This document shows, piece after piece, positions 10,268 to 19,585 of a DNA stretch of 64,000 nt (the first letter of the stretch is position 1; every line of letters begins with the position of its first letter). Location: contig CAWKKR010000001.1 of NCBI GenBank assembly GCA_963850305.1, positions 128,001 to 192,000 on the forward strand, written 5' to 3'. The position numbers and the translations under genes are program-made. This DNA comes from an uncultured delta proteobacterium (lineage in GTDB: Bacteria; Myxococcota_A; Polyangia; Polyangiales; Polyangiaceae). The notes below the pieces were generated by a model. It searched no databases. It had not been told where the DNA came from and worked only from the letters and a program-made list of their open reading frames with translations.

Positions 10268-11026
10268 CTACCCCCCTGGCGTCTGCCGCCGGGAGAACAC
10301 GCGGAACATCTTCCGGATCGGGTCGTAGAACTCGTCCACGACGCGTTCCTTCAGCGGAATGATCGCATTGTCCGTGATCGCGATGTGCTCGGGGCAGACC
10401 TTCGTGCAGCACTTGGTGATGTTGCAGTAGCCGATGCCCATATCGTTCTTGAGCTCGGGCACCCGATCTTCCACGTCGAGGGGATTCATCTCGGCCTGCG
10501 CGGCGTAGATGAAGTGCCGGGGCCCCGCGAACTCGTCGTGCTTGTGGCTATCGCGCAGCACGTGACAGACATTCTGACAGAGGAAGCACTCGATGCATTT
10601 CCGGAACTCTTGCGGCCTATCGACGTCCTCTTGCTGCACCCGCCACGTGCCGTCGGGAGCGTCGGGCTTGCGCGGCTTGAACTTCTTGATACGTTTCTTG
10701 ACCTCGTAGTTCCAGCTCACGTCGGTCACGAGATCCTTCATGCGCGGGAACGCGCGCATCGGCTCGATGGTGACGGGCACCGAAAGATCGATGTCGCTGA
10801 GCCGCGTCATGCACATGAGGCGCGGCATGCCGTTGATCTCGGCGGAGCACGACCCGCATTTTCCGGCCTTGCAGTTCCAGCGAGCAGCGAGATCCGGCGC
10901 ACTCTCGGCCTGGATCTGGTGAACCGCATCGAGGACGACCATCCCTTCGCCGACGTCCGTCTGGTAATCGACGAATTTGGACTCTTTGACGTCGCCGCGC
11001 GAAATCCGGAAGGTGACGCTTGCCAT
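10268..11026 (-). CDS. sdhB: Succinate dehydrogenase/fumarate reductase Fe-S subunit (Sdh1-type)
   Basis: CKAGKCGSC, CIECFLCQNVC, CNITKCCTKVCP. Confidence 0.95.
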   Translation of the reverse strand: MASVTFRISRGDVKESKFVDYQTDVGEGMVVLDAVHQIQAESAPDLAARWNCKAGKCGSCSAEINGMPRLMCMTRLSDIDLSVPVTIEPMRAFPRMKDLVTDVSWNYEVKKRIKKFKPRKPDAPDGTWRVQQEDVDRPQEFRKCIECFLCQNVCHVLRDSHKHDEFAGPRHFIYAAQAEMNPLDVEDRVPELKNDMGIGYCNITKCCTKVCPEHIAITDNAIIPLKERVVDEFYDPIRKMFRVFSRRQTPGG

Positions 11027-12841
11027 CTACTTCTTCTGCTCCTCGATGATCTCCTTGAGATCGGCTCGAATTTCGGTGACGGGTACCCGTTCGACCACCA
11101 TCTCACCGTTCGTACCCTTGCGAACGAACGTGTTGTGCTTCCCGTACGCGTCCAGCTTCTCCGGGTAGTCGTCGCGGAAGTGACCGCCGCGACTCTCTTT
11201 CCGGTCGATTGCCGAACGCGTCGCCGCTTCGGAGACCGTGAGCAAATTGTTCAGGTCCAGCACCGTATGCCAGCCGGGATTGTAATCCCTGTTCGCGTCG
11301 CACCCGACCCGGTCGGCGCGTTCGCGGTATTCCTTCAGCTTGGCGAGCGCTTGCTCCATCTCGCTCTCCACGCGCACGATGCCGACGAGATCCTGCATGG
11401 TGTCCTGGAGATCCCGCTGGATGATGAAGGCGTTCTCGTTCGAGCTGCGGTCGAACGGCGCGAGCGCAAACTTGGCCGCGGCGTCCGCCTGAGCCGGCTC
11501 CAGCGTCACGGCGCCGTGCTCCGCCGCGAACTTCGCGGCATGCTCCCCCGCCCGCTTCCCGAACACGAGCAAGTCGGAGAGCGAGTTGCCGCCGAGGCGG
11601 TTCGCCCCGTGAAGCCCGGCGGCGACCTCCCCCGCCGCGAACAGACCGGGAACGGTCGTCATCTGACTGTCGCCATCCACGTGGATGCCGCCCATGAAGT
11701 AGTGCGTCGTCGGGCCGACCTCCATCCGCTCCTTGGTGATGTCGACGCCCGCGAGCTCCTTGAACTGGTGATACATGCTCGGGAGCTTCTTTTTGATGTG
11801 CGCCTCGCCATCCGGCAGCCGCGTCGCGATCCAGGCGATGTCGAGAAAAACGCCGCCATGTGGACTTCCCCGCCCAGCACCGACCTCCTGCCGGATCTTC
11901 CGGGCAACGTGATCCCGTGTCAGAAGCTCCGGAGGCCGCCGCGCGTTCTTGTCGCCCTGTGTGTAGCGCCAGCCTTCTTCTTCGTTGTCCGCCGTCGACG
12001 GCTTGTAGTTCTCGGGCACGTCGTCGAACATGAACCGCTTGCCGTCCTTGTTCCGGAGCACCCCTCCCTCACCGCGAACACCCTCTGTCACGAGGATCCC
12101 ACGCACCGATGGCGGCCAGACCATCCCCGTCGGGTGAAACTGGATGAACTCCATGTCCTTCAGGGCCGCCCCCACCTCGTACGCGAGCGTCTGACCGTCC
12201 CCCGTATACTCCCAGCTGTTGCTCGTGATCTTGAAGGCGCGGCCGATGCCGCCCGTCGCGAGCACCACGGCCTTGGCCTTGAACACGCGGAACCGTCCGT
12301 GCTCGCGCTCGTACGCGAACGCGCCGGCCACGCGATCCCCGTCCTTCAGCAGCCGGACGACCGTGCACTCCATGTGTACGTCGACGGCCTGGTGAATCAC
12401 GTGATCCTGGAGCGTGCGGATCATCTCGAGCCCCGTGCGATCCCCGACGTGCGCGAGCCGCGGATAACGATGTCCGCCAAAGTTCCGCTGGAGGATGCGA
12501 CCATCCGGGGTGCGGTCGAGGATGGCGCCCCAGGCCTCGAGCTCCTTGACGCATGCGGGCGCTTCCTTCGCGTGAAGCTCCGCCATGCGCCAGTTGTTCA
12601 AGTATTGCCCGCCGCGCATCGTGTCGGCGAAGTGCACCTTCCAGTTGTCGCGATCGTCGACGTGACCCATGGCCGCCGCCATGCCGCCCTCGGCCATCAC
12701 CGTGTGCGCCTTGCCGAGCAAGGACTTGCACACCATCCCCACCTTCGCTCCCGCGTCCGCCGCCGCAATTGCCGCGCGAAGCCCTGCGCCGCCCGCACCG
12801 ATGATCAGAACATCGTGCTCGATGACGTCGTGATCGGCCAC
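11027..12841 (-). CDS. sdhA: Succinate dehydrogenase/fumarate reductase flavoprotein (Sdh1-type)
   Basis: GTG 12841 overlaps upstream stop; IIGAGGAGLRAA, AHTVMAEGG (FAD His), QFHPT, HGANRLGGNSL, ESRGGH. Confidence 0.95.
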   Translation of the reverse strand: MADHDVIEHDVLIIGAGGAGLRAAIAAADAGAKVGMVCKSLLGKAHTVMAEGGMAAAMGHVDDRDNWKVHFADTMRGGQYLNNWRMAELHAKEAPACVKELEAWGAILDRTPDGRILQRNFGGHRYPRLAHVGDRTGLEMIRTLQDHVIHQAVDVHMECTVVRLLKDGDRVAGAFAYEREHGRFRVFKAKAVVLATGGIGRAFKITSNSWEYTGDGQTLAYEVGAALKDMEFIQFHPTGMVWPPSVRGILVTEGVRGEGGVLRNKDGKRFMFDDVPENYKPSTADNEEEGWRYTQGDKNARRPPELLTRDHVARKIRQEVGAGRGSPHGGVFLDIAWIATRLPDGEAHIKKKLPSMYHQFKELAGVDITKERMEVGPTTHYFMGGIHVDGDSQMTTVPGLFAAGEVAAGLHGANRLGGNSLSDLLVFGKRAGEHAAKFAAEHGAVTLEPAQADAAAKFALAPFDRSSNENAFIIQRDLQDTMQDLVGIVRVESEMEQALAKLKEYRERADRVGCDANRDYNPGWHTVLDLNNLLTVSEAATRSAIDRKESRGGHFRDDYPEKLDAYGKHNTFVRKGTNGEMVVERVPVTEIRADLKEIIEEQKK

Positions 12842-13650
12842 TAGAGAATCCTCCAGTCCGTGAAATGTCCCATCGAACACATGCGGATGTAGAAGTCCGT
12901 GAAGGCCACCCACACCAGGCTCACCCAGGCGAACTTCTGGTGATTGCAGTTCAGCTTGCTCGCGCCGTCGTAGAGCTTCTTCCGGAGCGGCGTTCGAGAC
13001 AGGATATCCTTGAACCCGCCGATGACGTGCCGGAAGGAGTGGCAGCTGAACTGGTAGAGCGTCAAGAACGTCGCGTTCAGCACGATCACGATCGTGCCGA
13101 CCCCGATCCCGAACTGCAGGGCGTGTGTCGTCGGGTTCTCGAACCAGATGCTCCTGTACGCATCGTAGAAGAGGATCGGCACGTAGAAGCACGTCACGTA
13201 CATGAAGTACCGGTGCAGGTTCTGTACGATGAGAGGGAATTTACGCTCCCCCGAGTAGGTCTTGTGCGGCTTGCCGACGGCGCAGTTCGGCGGCGAGGCC
13301 CAGAACGCTTTGTAATAAGACCCGCGGTAGTAATAACAGGTGAGCCGGAAGCCACCGGGCCCGACGAGCGCGAGCATCGCCGGTGTGTATACGAGGAACG
13401 AGGGCCAGAACGGCGGCTTCCCGTGCCCGAACCAGGCGTGCGGTGAGTCACCCCAAAGCACGGGCGAGTACACCGGTGACAGGTAGTTCCCGAACTCGAA
13501 GTGATCGCCCTGGAGCACCGCCCAGTTCACGTAGACGAGGAACGAGGACAGCACGACGAAGACGACGAGCGGCTGGACCCACCAGCGGTCGGGACGGCTG
13601 GTTTCGCCGAAGCCGCGCTGGGGGGCGAGCGGGAGGTGGACTTGGGCCAT
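12841..13650 (-). CDS. Rv0249c-like membrane anchor of Sdh1-type succinate dehydrogenase
   Basis: FRLTCYYYR..YY..W.SP.CAV, PLIVQN.HRYF, SCHSFRH..GG, SKLN..H..FAW, TDFYI resemble the mycobacterial Sdh1 anchor as recalled. Confidence 0.88.
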   Translation of the reverse strand: MAQVHLPLAPQRGFGETSRPDRWWVQPLVVFVVLSSFLVYVNWAVLQGDHFEFGNYLSPVYSPVLWGDSPHAWFGHGKPPFWPSFLVYTPAMLALVGPGGFRLTCYYYRGSYYKAFWASPPNCAVGKPHKTYSGERKFPLIVQNLHRYFMYVTCFYVPILFYDAYRSIWFENPTTHALQFGIGVGTIVIVLNATFLTLYQFSCHSFRHVIGGFKDILSRTPLRKKLYDGASKLNCNHQKFAWVSLVWVAFTDFYIRMCSMGHFTDWRIL

Positions 13651-13870
13651 TCAGTGCTCCGTATGTTCGGCGGCGCGGAGGCGGGCTCGAGGCCCGCGGC
13701 GCGTCGCGTGTGCGGTATACCGGCAACCTCCGAACTTCTCAATATTGCACGACGTCCTCGACGGGATCTCCTGGCGCCCGACCCCCGGCACGCGGAAAAA
13801 AGGCCGGAGCCGGGTTACGCACCGCGCCGCCGATTGACGGCGAGAACTCCCGGGCGTTCGCTGCGGGTCG

Positions 13871-14592
13871 ATGGTGACCGCCACGGACGTCTCGGTCGCA
13901 CGCCACGACGGGCCGCCGCTCCGGGCCCACCTGGCGCTCCCGGAAGGCAGAACGGGGCTCCGCGCCGTGGTCGTCATTCACGAGATTCTACGGACTGACG
14001 GACGATATTCGGCGTATCACGCGCCGGTTCGCGGAAGCAGGTTACGCGGCCCTCGCGCCGGACCTCTATGACGGCCCCGGGCTGCGTGCGATTTGCATCG
14101 CGAGGACGATGCTCTCCGTGAAGACCGGCAAGGGCGCGGCCTTCGACGACATCGAGGCGGCGCGCGCCCACCTCGCCGCTCACCCGAGCGTCGACGGCGC
14201 ACGCATCGGCATCACCGGTTTCTGTCTCGGCGGCGCGTTCGCCATTCTCGCGGCGGTCGGCGGACCTTATCGAGTGAGCGCGCCCTACTACGGCGACGTT
14301 CCGAAGGACGCTGCGGATTCTCGAAGGCATCTGCCCCGTCGTCGCCGGCTACGGCGCGCGCGACGCCATGTTCGCGCCACAAGGCGAACGTCTCGAGCGT
14401 CACCTCGTCGTGCTCGGCGTCGAGCACGACGTCAAAGTCTATCCCGAAGCGGGCCACAGCTACATGAGCCAGCACCCGCCCACGCTGATGGTTCGCCTCG
14501 CCGCGCGCGGTCCGATGAAGGCGGGCTTCTCCGAAACCGCGAGCGAAGACAGCTGGAAGCGCATGCTCGAGTTCTTCGAGAAGCACCTCTGA
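13871..14592 (+). CDS. Dienelactone hydrolase family, split by two +1 frameshifts
   Basis: VVVIHEI|YGLTDDIR..ALAPDLY..GFCLGG..YYG..|LEGICPVVAGYGARD..YPEAGHSY; frame restored by GATTC->GATC at 13984 and 14316. Confidence 0.88.
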
Positions 14593-14739
14593 GTCGTGTA
14601 GCCTCTCTTCATCCAAGAGCTCACGCTCTGCGACTTCCCGACGACGCCCACGCCCGAGGGCTGGGACTCCTCACCCCCTGGCGACCGGAGCACGGCGCCC
14701 GTGGCGCGGCGTGCGTTCGCGACGTAGATTCGGCGCGCA

Positions 14740-15708
14740 ATGGCGAACCCCGCGACCCCTTTGACGGCCAGCGCCGGCTCCGAAGACGCAATGCGCACGA
14801 GCTTCGCGCGCATCGCGTACGGCGTACTCGTCTACACGGTGTTCGTCATTCTCTTCGGCGCGGTCGTGCGCATCACGGGCTCCGGCGCCGGCTGCGGTCA
14901 GCACTGGCCCACGTGCCAGGGCGAGCTCACCACCATCCCCAGCACCACGGCGATGGCCATCGAGTACACGCACCGACTCACCTCGGGTCTCTCCGGCGTC
15001 TTCATCGCCATCATGGCCGTCCTTGCGTTCCGTCGTTTTCCGGCGGGGCATGCGGTGCGGTCGGTCGCGGTCGCGAGCGTCGTGCTCCTCGTCGTGGAGG
15101 CGCTCCTCGGCCGCGCTCTCGTCAAGAACGGCCTCGTCGAACACGATACGTCCGTCGCGCGCGCCGTGGTGATGTCCGTGCATCTGGTGAACACGAGCTT
15201 CCTCGCCGCAGCCGTCGCGCTGACGGGCTTCGTCGCGACGCACCGCATGCCCCGGCGGTGGCTTCCGGTGGGCCCGCTCGAGTGGACGCTCTTAGGCGTG
15301 CTGGGCGGCACGCTCGTCGTATCCGTGACGGGTGCGCTCACGGCACTCGGCGACACGCTCTACCCCGTCGACACCGCGCGCGATCTCGCCGCGCGCCTCG
15401 CCGCCGATCAGAGCGCGACCGCGACGTTCCTCGAGCGCGGACGCGCCCTCCACCCCGTCGTCGCCGTCACTCTCGCCGCCGTTCTCGTCGCCACGGCGCG
15501 GAAGATCGTGGACGGCAATTCGAGCCCCGAGGTCAGACGCGCCGCGCACATCGTCATCGCGCTCGCCTTCATTCAAGTCTCGGCAGGGATCGCGAACATC
15601 GCCCTGTCGGCACCCGGGTGGATGCAGGTCGTCCATCTGGCGATCGCGACGACGCTCTGGCTCGCGCTCGTCCTGTTTTATGCGACCGTCGTGGGCGCGG
15701 GGGTATGA
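14740..15708 (+). CDS. ctaA: Heme A synthase (COX15/CtaA family)
   Basis: GAVVRITGSGAGCGQHWPTC, EYTHR, conserved His in TM helices; start may be ATG 14791. Confidence 0.88.
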   Translation: MANPATPLTASAGSEDAMRTSFARIAYGVLVYTVFVILFGAVVRITGSGAGCGQHWPTCQGELTTIPSTTAMAIEYTHRLTSGLSGVFIAIMAVLAFRRFPAGHAVRSVAVASVVLLVVEALLGRALVKNGLVEHDTSVARAVVMSVHLVNTSFLAAAVALTGFVATHRMPRRWLPVGPLEWTLLGVLGGTLVVSVTGALTALGDTLYPVDTARDLAARLAADQSATATFLERGRALHPVVAVTLAAVLVATARKIVDGNSSPEVRRAAHIVIALAFIQVSAGIANIALSAPGWMQVVHLAIATTLWLALVLFYATVVGAGV

Positions 15709-15737
15709 GGGGAGTTCACATGAAGATGGCAAGTTCG

Positions 15738-16157
15738 GAACCAAACCGGGCAGGTCACCTGCTCCGATCCGTTCACCTTGAACCAAACCGGGCAGGTCAC
15801 CTGCTCCGATCCGTTCACCTTGAACCAAACCGGGCAGGTCACCTGCTCTGATCCGTTCACCTTGAACCAAACCGGGCAGGTCACCTGCTCCGATCCGTTC
15901 ACCTTGAACCAAACCGGGCAGGTCACCTGCTCCGATCCGTTCACCTTGGACCAAACCGGGCAGGTCACCTGCTCCGATCCGTTCACCTTGAACCAAACCG
16001 GGCAGGTCACCTGCTCCGATCCGTTCACCTTGGACCAAACCGGGCAGGTCACCTGCTCCGATCCGTTCACCTTGAACCAAACCGGGCAGGTCACCTGCTC
16101 CAATCCGTTCACCTTGAACCAAACCGGGCAGGTCACCTCATCCGGTCAGTTCAGTTA
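15738..16157. repeat. Tandem array of 42-bp palindromic unit: 9 near-identical copies plus 1 degenerate copy
   Basis: Unit GAACCAAACCGGGCAGGTCACCTGCTCCGATCCGTTCACCTT at 15738, 15780 ... 16074, 16116; variants C>T 15849, A>G 15949 and 16033, G>A 16102; internal palindrome GCAGGT-C-ACCTGC. Confidence 0.98.
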
Positions 16158-16234
16158 CAACGGAACCGACGATCCGGCCCCGTCCTATCCAGTCCGACTG
16201 GACTCGAGCCGTAGCTCGCAATCAGCCGGTCAGC

Positions 16235-16820
16235 TCAGCCCTTCAGGTTCTTCGCGACGAAGTCCCAGTTCAGGAGCTTGTCAGTGAAGGCCTCGAGGAA
16301 GCCGTCGCGCTTGTTGCGGTAGTCGATGTAGTACGCGTGCTCCCAGACGTCGCATGTGAGGAGCGGCTTCGCCGTGGTGGTGAGTGGCGTCTCGGCGTTG
16401 GGCGTGGTGACGATCTTGCCCGTGCCGCCGTCGAGGACGAGCCACACCCAGCCGGAACCGAAGCGGCCCATGCCCTCGGTCTTCCACGCTTCACGGAACT
16501 TGTCCCAGCCGCCGAAGTCCCGGTTGATGAGATTCGGCCACTTCCCCACCCTTGGGGGCACCGCCCCCGCCGGGCTTCAGGCTCTCCCAGAAGAAGGAGT
16601 GGTTCCAGACCTGCGCGGCGTTGTTGAAGACGCCGCCGGTCGAGCCCTTCACGACCTCCACTAGCGTCTTCGAGGCTTCGGGCTTGCCCTCGAGAAGGCC
16701 CTTCAGCTTCGTCATGTACGCCTTGTGATGCTTCTCGTAGTGATACTCGAAGGTCTCCTTCGTCATCACGGGATCCAGCGCATCCTTGGAATACGGTAGC
16801 GGGGCAACCTCGAAATTCAT
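16235..16820 (-). CDS. sodB: Fe-type superoxide dismutase, split by +1 frameshift
   Basis: LPYSKDAL, YHYEKHHKAY, FNNAAQVWNHSFFW, FGSGWVWL, DVWEHAYY; frame restored by GATTC->GATC at 16531. Confidence 0.93.
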
Positions 16821-16957
16821 GGTTCGACTCTCCTCTTTCTTGAAGGGACGGGGAGTATAGGAAGCACGCCCTGGACCCGCAATCGCGAACCTTCGCGCCG
16901 ATCGCTGGGCCCGGGCCCGGGCCCGCGACGAGCGGGCCGGGACACGATCGACGAGGA

Positions 16958-17494
16958 TCATCCGGCGTGATGGACCGCCGCCAGATGCGTGACGAACCAG
17001 TGCCCGTCCCAGGAGATGATCGTGTGGACCTCGAGCGTCCGCGACGCCCCGGAAACCTCGTACCGAAGTTTCGCGCTGAACGTGCGGTAGTAACCGATCC
17101 TGTTCCACTCCTCGCCGGGCTTCACCCACCGCGGCGGACTTCCGAGCTCGAACGAACGAAACGTCGCTCCGTCCCAGCTCCGTCGCTGGTCGTGGAGCTC
17201 CTTCACGTTCAGGTGATATGAGCGAAGGAGCCCGGCGTGGTACTTCGACGGATCCGCGACGTCCTTCAGCTCGAGAAAAGGTTCTCGCGGAAAGAAGAAG
17301 TCGTCGGCAAGCTCCGGCTTGCCTCGAACGATCGCGTCGAAGAGATGATGCGCACGCTCGGTGAGGTCGGCGCTCGACAACGGTGGACGAACGTCGTTCT
17401 TCGGTAACTCCGCCGGGGGCGCGGCGCCGAGGAGCCACGCGCTGGCAAAGGCCACTGCCGCTGTTCGACGGACGGACCGCATTGGCGCGAGCAC
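16958..17494 (-). CDS. Hypothetical secreted protein
   Basis: Signal peptide then globular domain (FFFPREPF, WVKPGEEWN); start possibly ATG 17482. Confidence 0.7.
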   Translation of the reverse strand: MLAPMRSVRRTAAVAFASAWLLGAAPPAELPKNDVRPPLSSADLTERAHHLFDAIVRGKPELADDFFFPREPFLELKDVADPSKYHAGLLRSYHLNVKELHDQRRSWDGATFRSFELGSPPRWVKPGEEWNRIGYYRTFSAKLRYEVSGASRTLEVHTIISWDGHWFVTHLAAVHHAG

Positions 17495-17579
17495 TCTATC
17501 CGACCTGCAAGGATCCCCAAATCCTTCCCGCCTTCTCCTTTCCTGTGATCCCCTCGATCCGATCTGCTAACGCCCATTC

Positions 17580-18017
17580 GTGATGCTCCCTCTCCGCCGG
17601 CCCGATGGCGCGCCCATCGCGGCAAGGGTCACGGTTCGGCGTGCCATCGCGATTGCAGAGGCCGTGTTCGCTCGCGACGGCGCGCTTCCCCCCGTGGAGC
17701 GCCTGGAGTGGCTGGCGCTCGAGCTGGAGGACTTTCTGGCGCGGGCCGGGGCACGCTCGCGTTTCTTCCTCTCGCTGATGATCGGCCTGGTGTCCTTTCT
17801 GTCGCCGGTCTTCATCGGCAGGGGCCCGGGTGTGATGCGGCTCGCGCTCTGCGATCGGATCCGCGCGCTGACCACGCTCGAGCGTCGCTTCGGCGAACCG
17901 CTGATCGCCGTGAAAGCGTTGCTCTGCCTCCTCTATTACGAGCACCCCGACGCGGCCCGCGGCGTCGGGTTCGACGGCAAGTGCCGGCTCCCCACCCGCG
18001 GCCCGGCGTCCCCATGA
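17580..18017 (+). CDS. Small partner protein of GMC oxidoreductase
   Basis: ATGA overlap with GMC gene; C-terminal KALLCLLYYEHP..VGF pattern. Confidence 0.65.
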   Translation: MMLPLRRPDGAPIAARVTVRRAIAIAEAVFARDGALPPVERLEWLALELEDFLARAGARSRFFLSLMIGLVSFLSPVFIGRGPGVMRLALCDRIRALTTLERRFGEPLIAVKALLCLLYYEHPDAARGVGFDGKCRLPTRGPASP

Positions 18018-19540
18018 TCGTCGAAGGGCGCACCCTCGACTCCGATCTCGAAGACATGGCCGACGTCGTCATCGTCGGCTCCGGCGCGGGCGGTGCCGTG
18101 GTCGCCGCGCATCTCGCCGAAGCGGGGCAACGCGTCGTCGTCGTCGAAGAAGGACCCCACGTTCCCTCGGAACGCTATTCGAAGATGCGCCCCAGCGAGT
18201 CCATGCGGCACCTCTGGCGGGACGGCGGACTCACGATGGCCGTGGGGCTCGGCGATACGCCCGTCATCAACGTCATGATGGGCGAATGCCTCGGAGGGTC
18301 GTCCGTGCTGACGGGCGCCGTCTGCTTCCGGACACCCGGGGCGGTGCTCCACGAGTGGTCATCGCGGCTCGGATTGCGCGAGCTGGACGAAGCTTGCATG
18401 GAACGGTACTTCGCGGACGTCGAACGCGCCGTCCACGTCGAGGAAGTTCCGGTGTCGATGCGCTCGCGCTCGACCGTGCTGTTCGCCGAAGGGGCCGCGA
18501 GGCTCGGGCACCCGGTGGCGCCGCTGCGGCGCAACACGAAGAATTGCCGCGGCTGCGGGCGCTGCAACTTCGGCTGCCCGGAAGGCGCCAAGATGAGCGT
18601 CGATGTGACGTACCTGGAACGCGCAGTCGCCGCAGGAGCCCGCATTTACTCCGATGCGCACGTCGAGCGCGTACTGACGAAGGGCGCCCGCGCCGTCGGC
18701 GTGACAGGGCAGCTCCGAGGAGGACAGGGGCGCCCCTCGCGGATGCGGTTCAGGATCCACGCGAGACGCGTCGTCCTGGCAGCGGGCGCTTATTGCACGC
18801 CGTTACTCCTCGAACGAACCGGCGTGGGTCGAGCATCGGGCCAGCTCGGCAAGAATCTGACGCTCCACCCGGGTTTTCGCATGATGGCGCGCTTCGACGA
18901 GCGAGTGGAAGGCTGGAAGGGCTCCCTTCAGAGCGCCTATTGTCACGCCTACGAGAAAGAACGCATCAACATGGTCGGCCTCTTCGTACCGCCCGGCGTC
19001 CTCGCCGGAACGCTGCCGGGGATCGGCGACGATCACGCGACCCATGCAGAGCTCATCCCTCACCTCGCCGTGTTCGGGGGCATGATTCACGACGAACCCA
19101 GCGGACGCGTGCATCATGTCTTCGGTCGCCGCGCGATCAGCTACCGCCTTGCACCGGGAGACAGTCGCGCCATGTCGCGAGCGCTCACCATTCTCGGCGA
19201 GACCTTCTTCGCGGCAGGCGCACGGGAAGTCTTCCTGCCGATCCTGGGCTTTGGCGCTGCCGATGCGGATCGCTTTCGCAAGATCGACTTCGATCGCGTC
19301 CCGCGCCGGAAGCTCGAATGCGCCTCGCAGCATCCCCTCGGCACGGCGCGCATGGGTATATCCAAGGAGCACGCCGTCGTGTCGCCCGACGGCGAGACGT
19401 GGGAACTCGAGGGGCTCTTCGTCGCGGATGGCAGCATCATGCCGACAAGCCTCGGCGTGAACCCGCAGGAAACCATCATGGCCATGGCGACTCGCATCGC
19501 GTGGAAGCTCCGCGAGGGACCGAGAAAACCGACGGACTGA
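18014..19540 (+). CDS. GMC family flavin oxidoreductase
   Basis: DVVIVGSGAGG, LGGSS, CRGCGRCNFGC, HPLGTARMG, VADGSIMPTSLGVNPQETI. Confidence 0.92.
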   Translation: MIVEGRTLDSDLEDMADVVIVGSGAGGAVVAAHLAEAGQRVVVVEEGPHVPSERYSKMRPSESMRHLWRDGGLTMAVGLGDTPVINVMMGECLGGSSVLTGAVCFRTPGAVLHEWSSRLGLRELDEACMERYFADVERAVHVEEVPVSMRSRSTVLFAEGAARLGHPVAPLRRNTKNCRGCGRCNFGCPEGAKMSVDVTYLERAVAAGARIYSDAHVERVLTKGARAVGVTGQLRGGQGRPSRMRFRIHARRVVLAAGAYCTPLLLERTGVGRASGQLGKNLTLHPGFRMMARFDERVEGWKGSLQSAYCHAYEKERINMVGLFVPPGVLAGTLPGIGDDHATHAELIPHLAVFGGMIHDEPSGRVHHVFGRRAISYRLAPGDSRAMSRALTILGETFFAAGAREVFLPILGFGAADADRFRKIDFDRVPRRKLECASQHPLGTARMGISKEHAVVSPDGETWELEGLFVADGSIMPTSLGVNPQETIMAMATRIAWKLREGPRKPTD

Positions 19541-19585
19541 GCCCGACCGTCCGTGCCCCGTTCCGCACCGCGTAACGGGAGTGCT

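Noticed and set aside
10385..12844. Long antisense ORFs (this one, and 416..1582+, 18803..21100-, 25157..26767+, 37896..39380+, 39508..41166+, 56411..57922+)
   Set aside because: Shadows of real genes, expected in high-GC DNA; no recognisable motifs.
15738..16157. CRISPR array
   Set aside because: Units are contiguous and near-identical with no unique spacers; no cas genes in the window.
15292..16287. Other repeat-derived ORFs (VQGERIGAGDLPGL, KVNGSEQVTCPVWF, NQTGQVTCSDPFTL frames)
   Set aside because: Open only because the unit is 14 codons; starts lie inside the repeat without an RBS, and they overlap ctaA or sodB.
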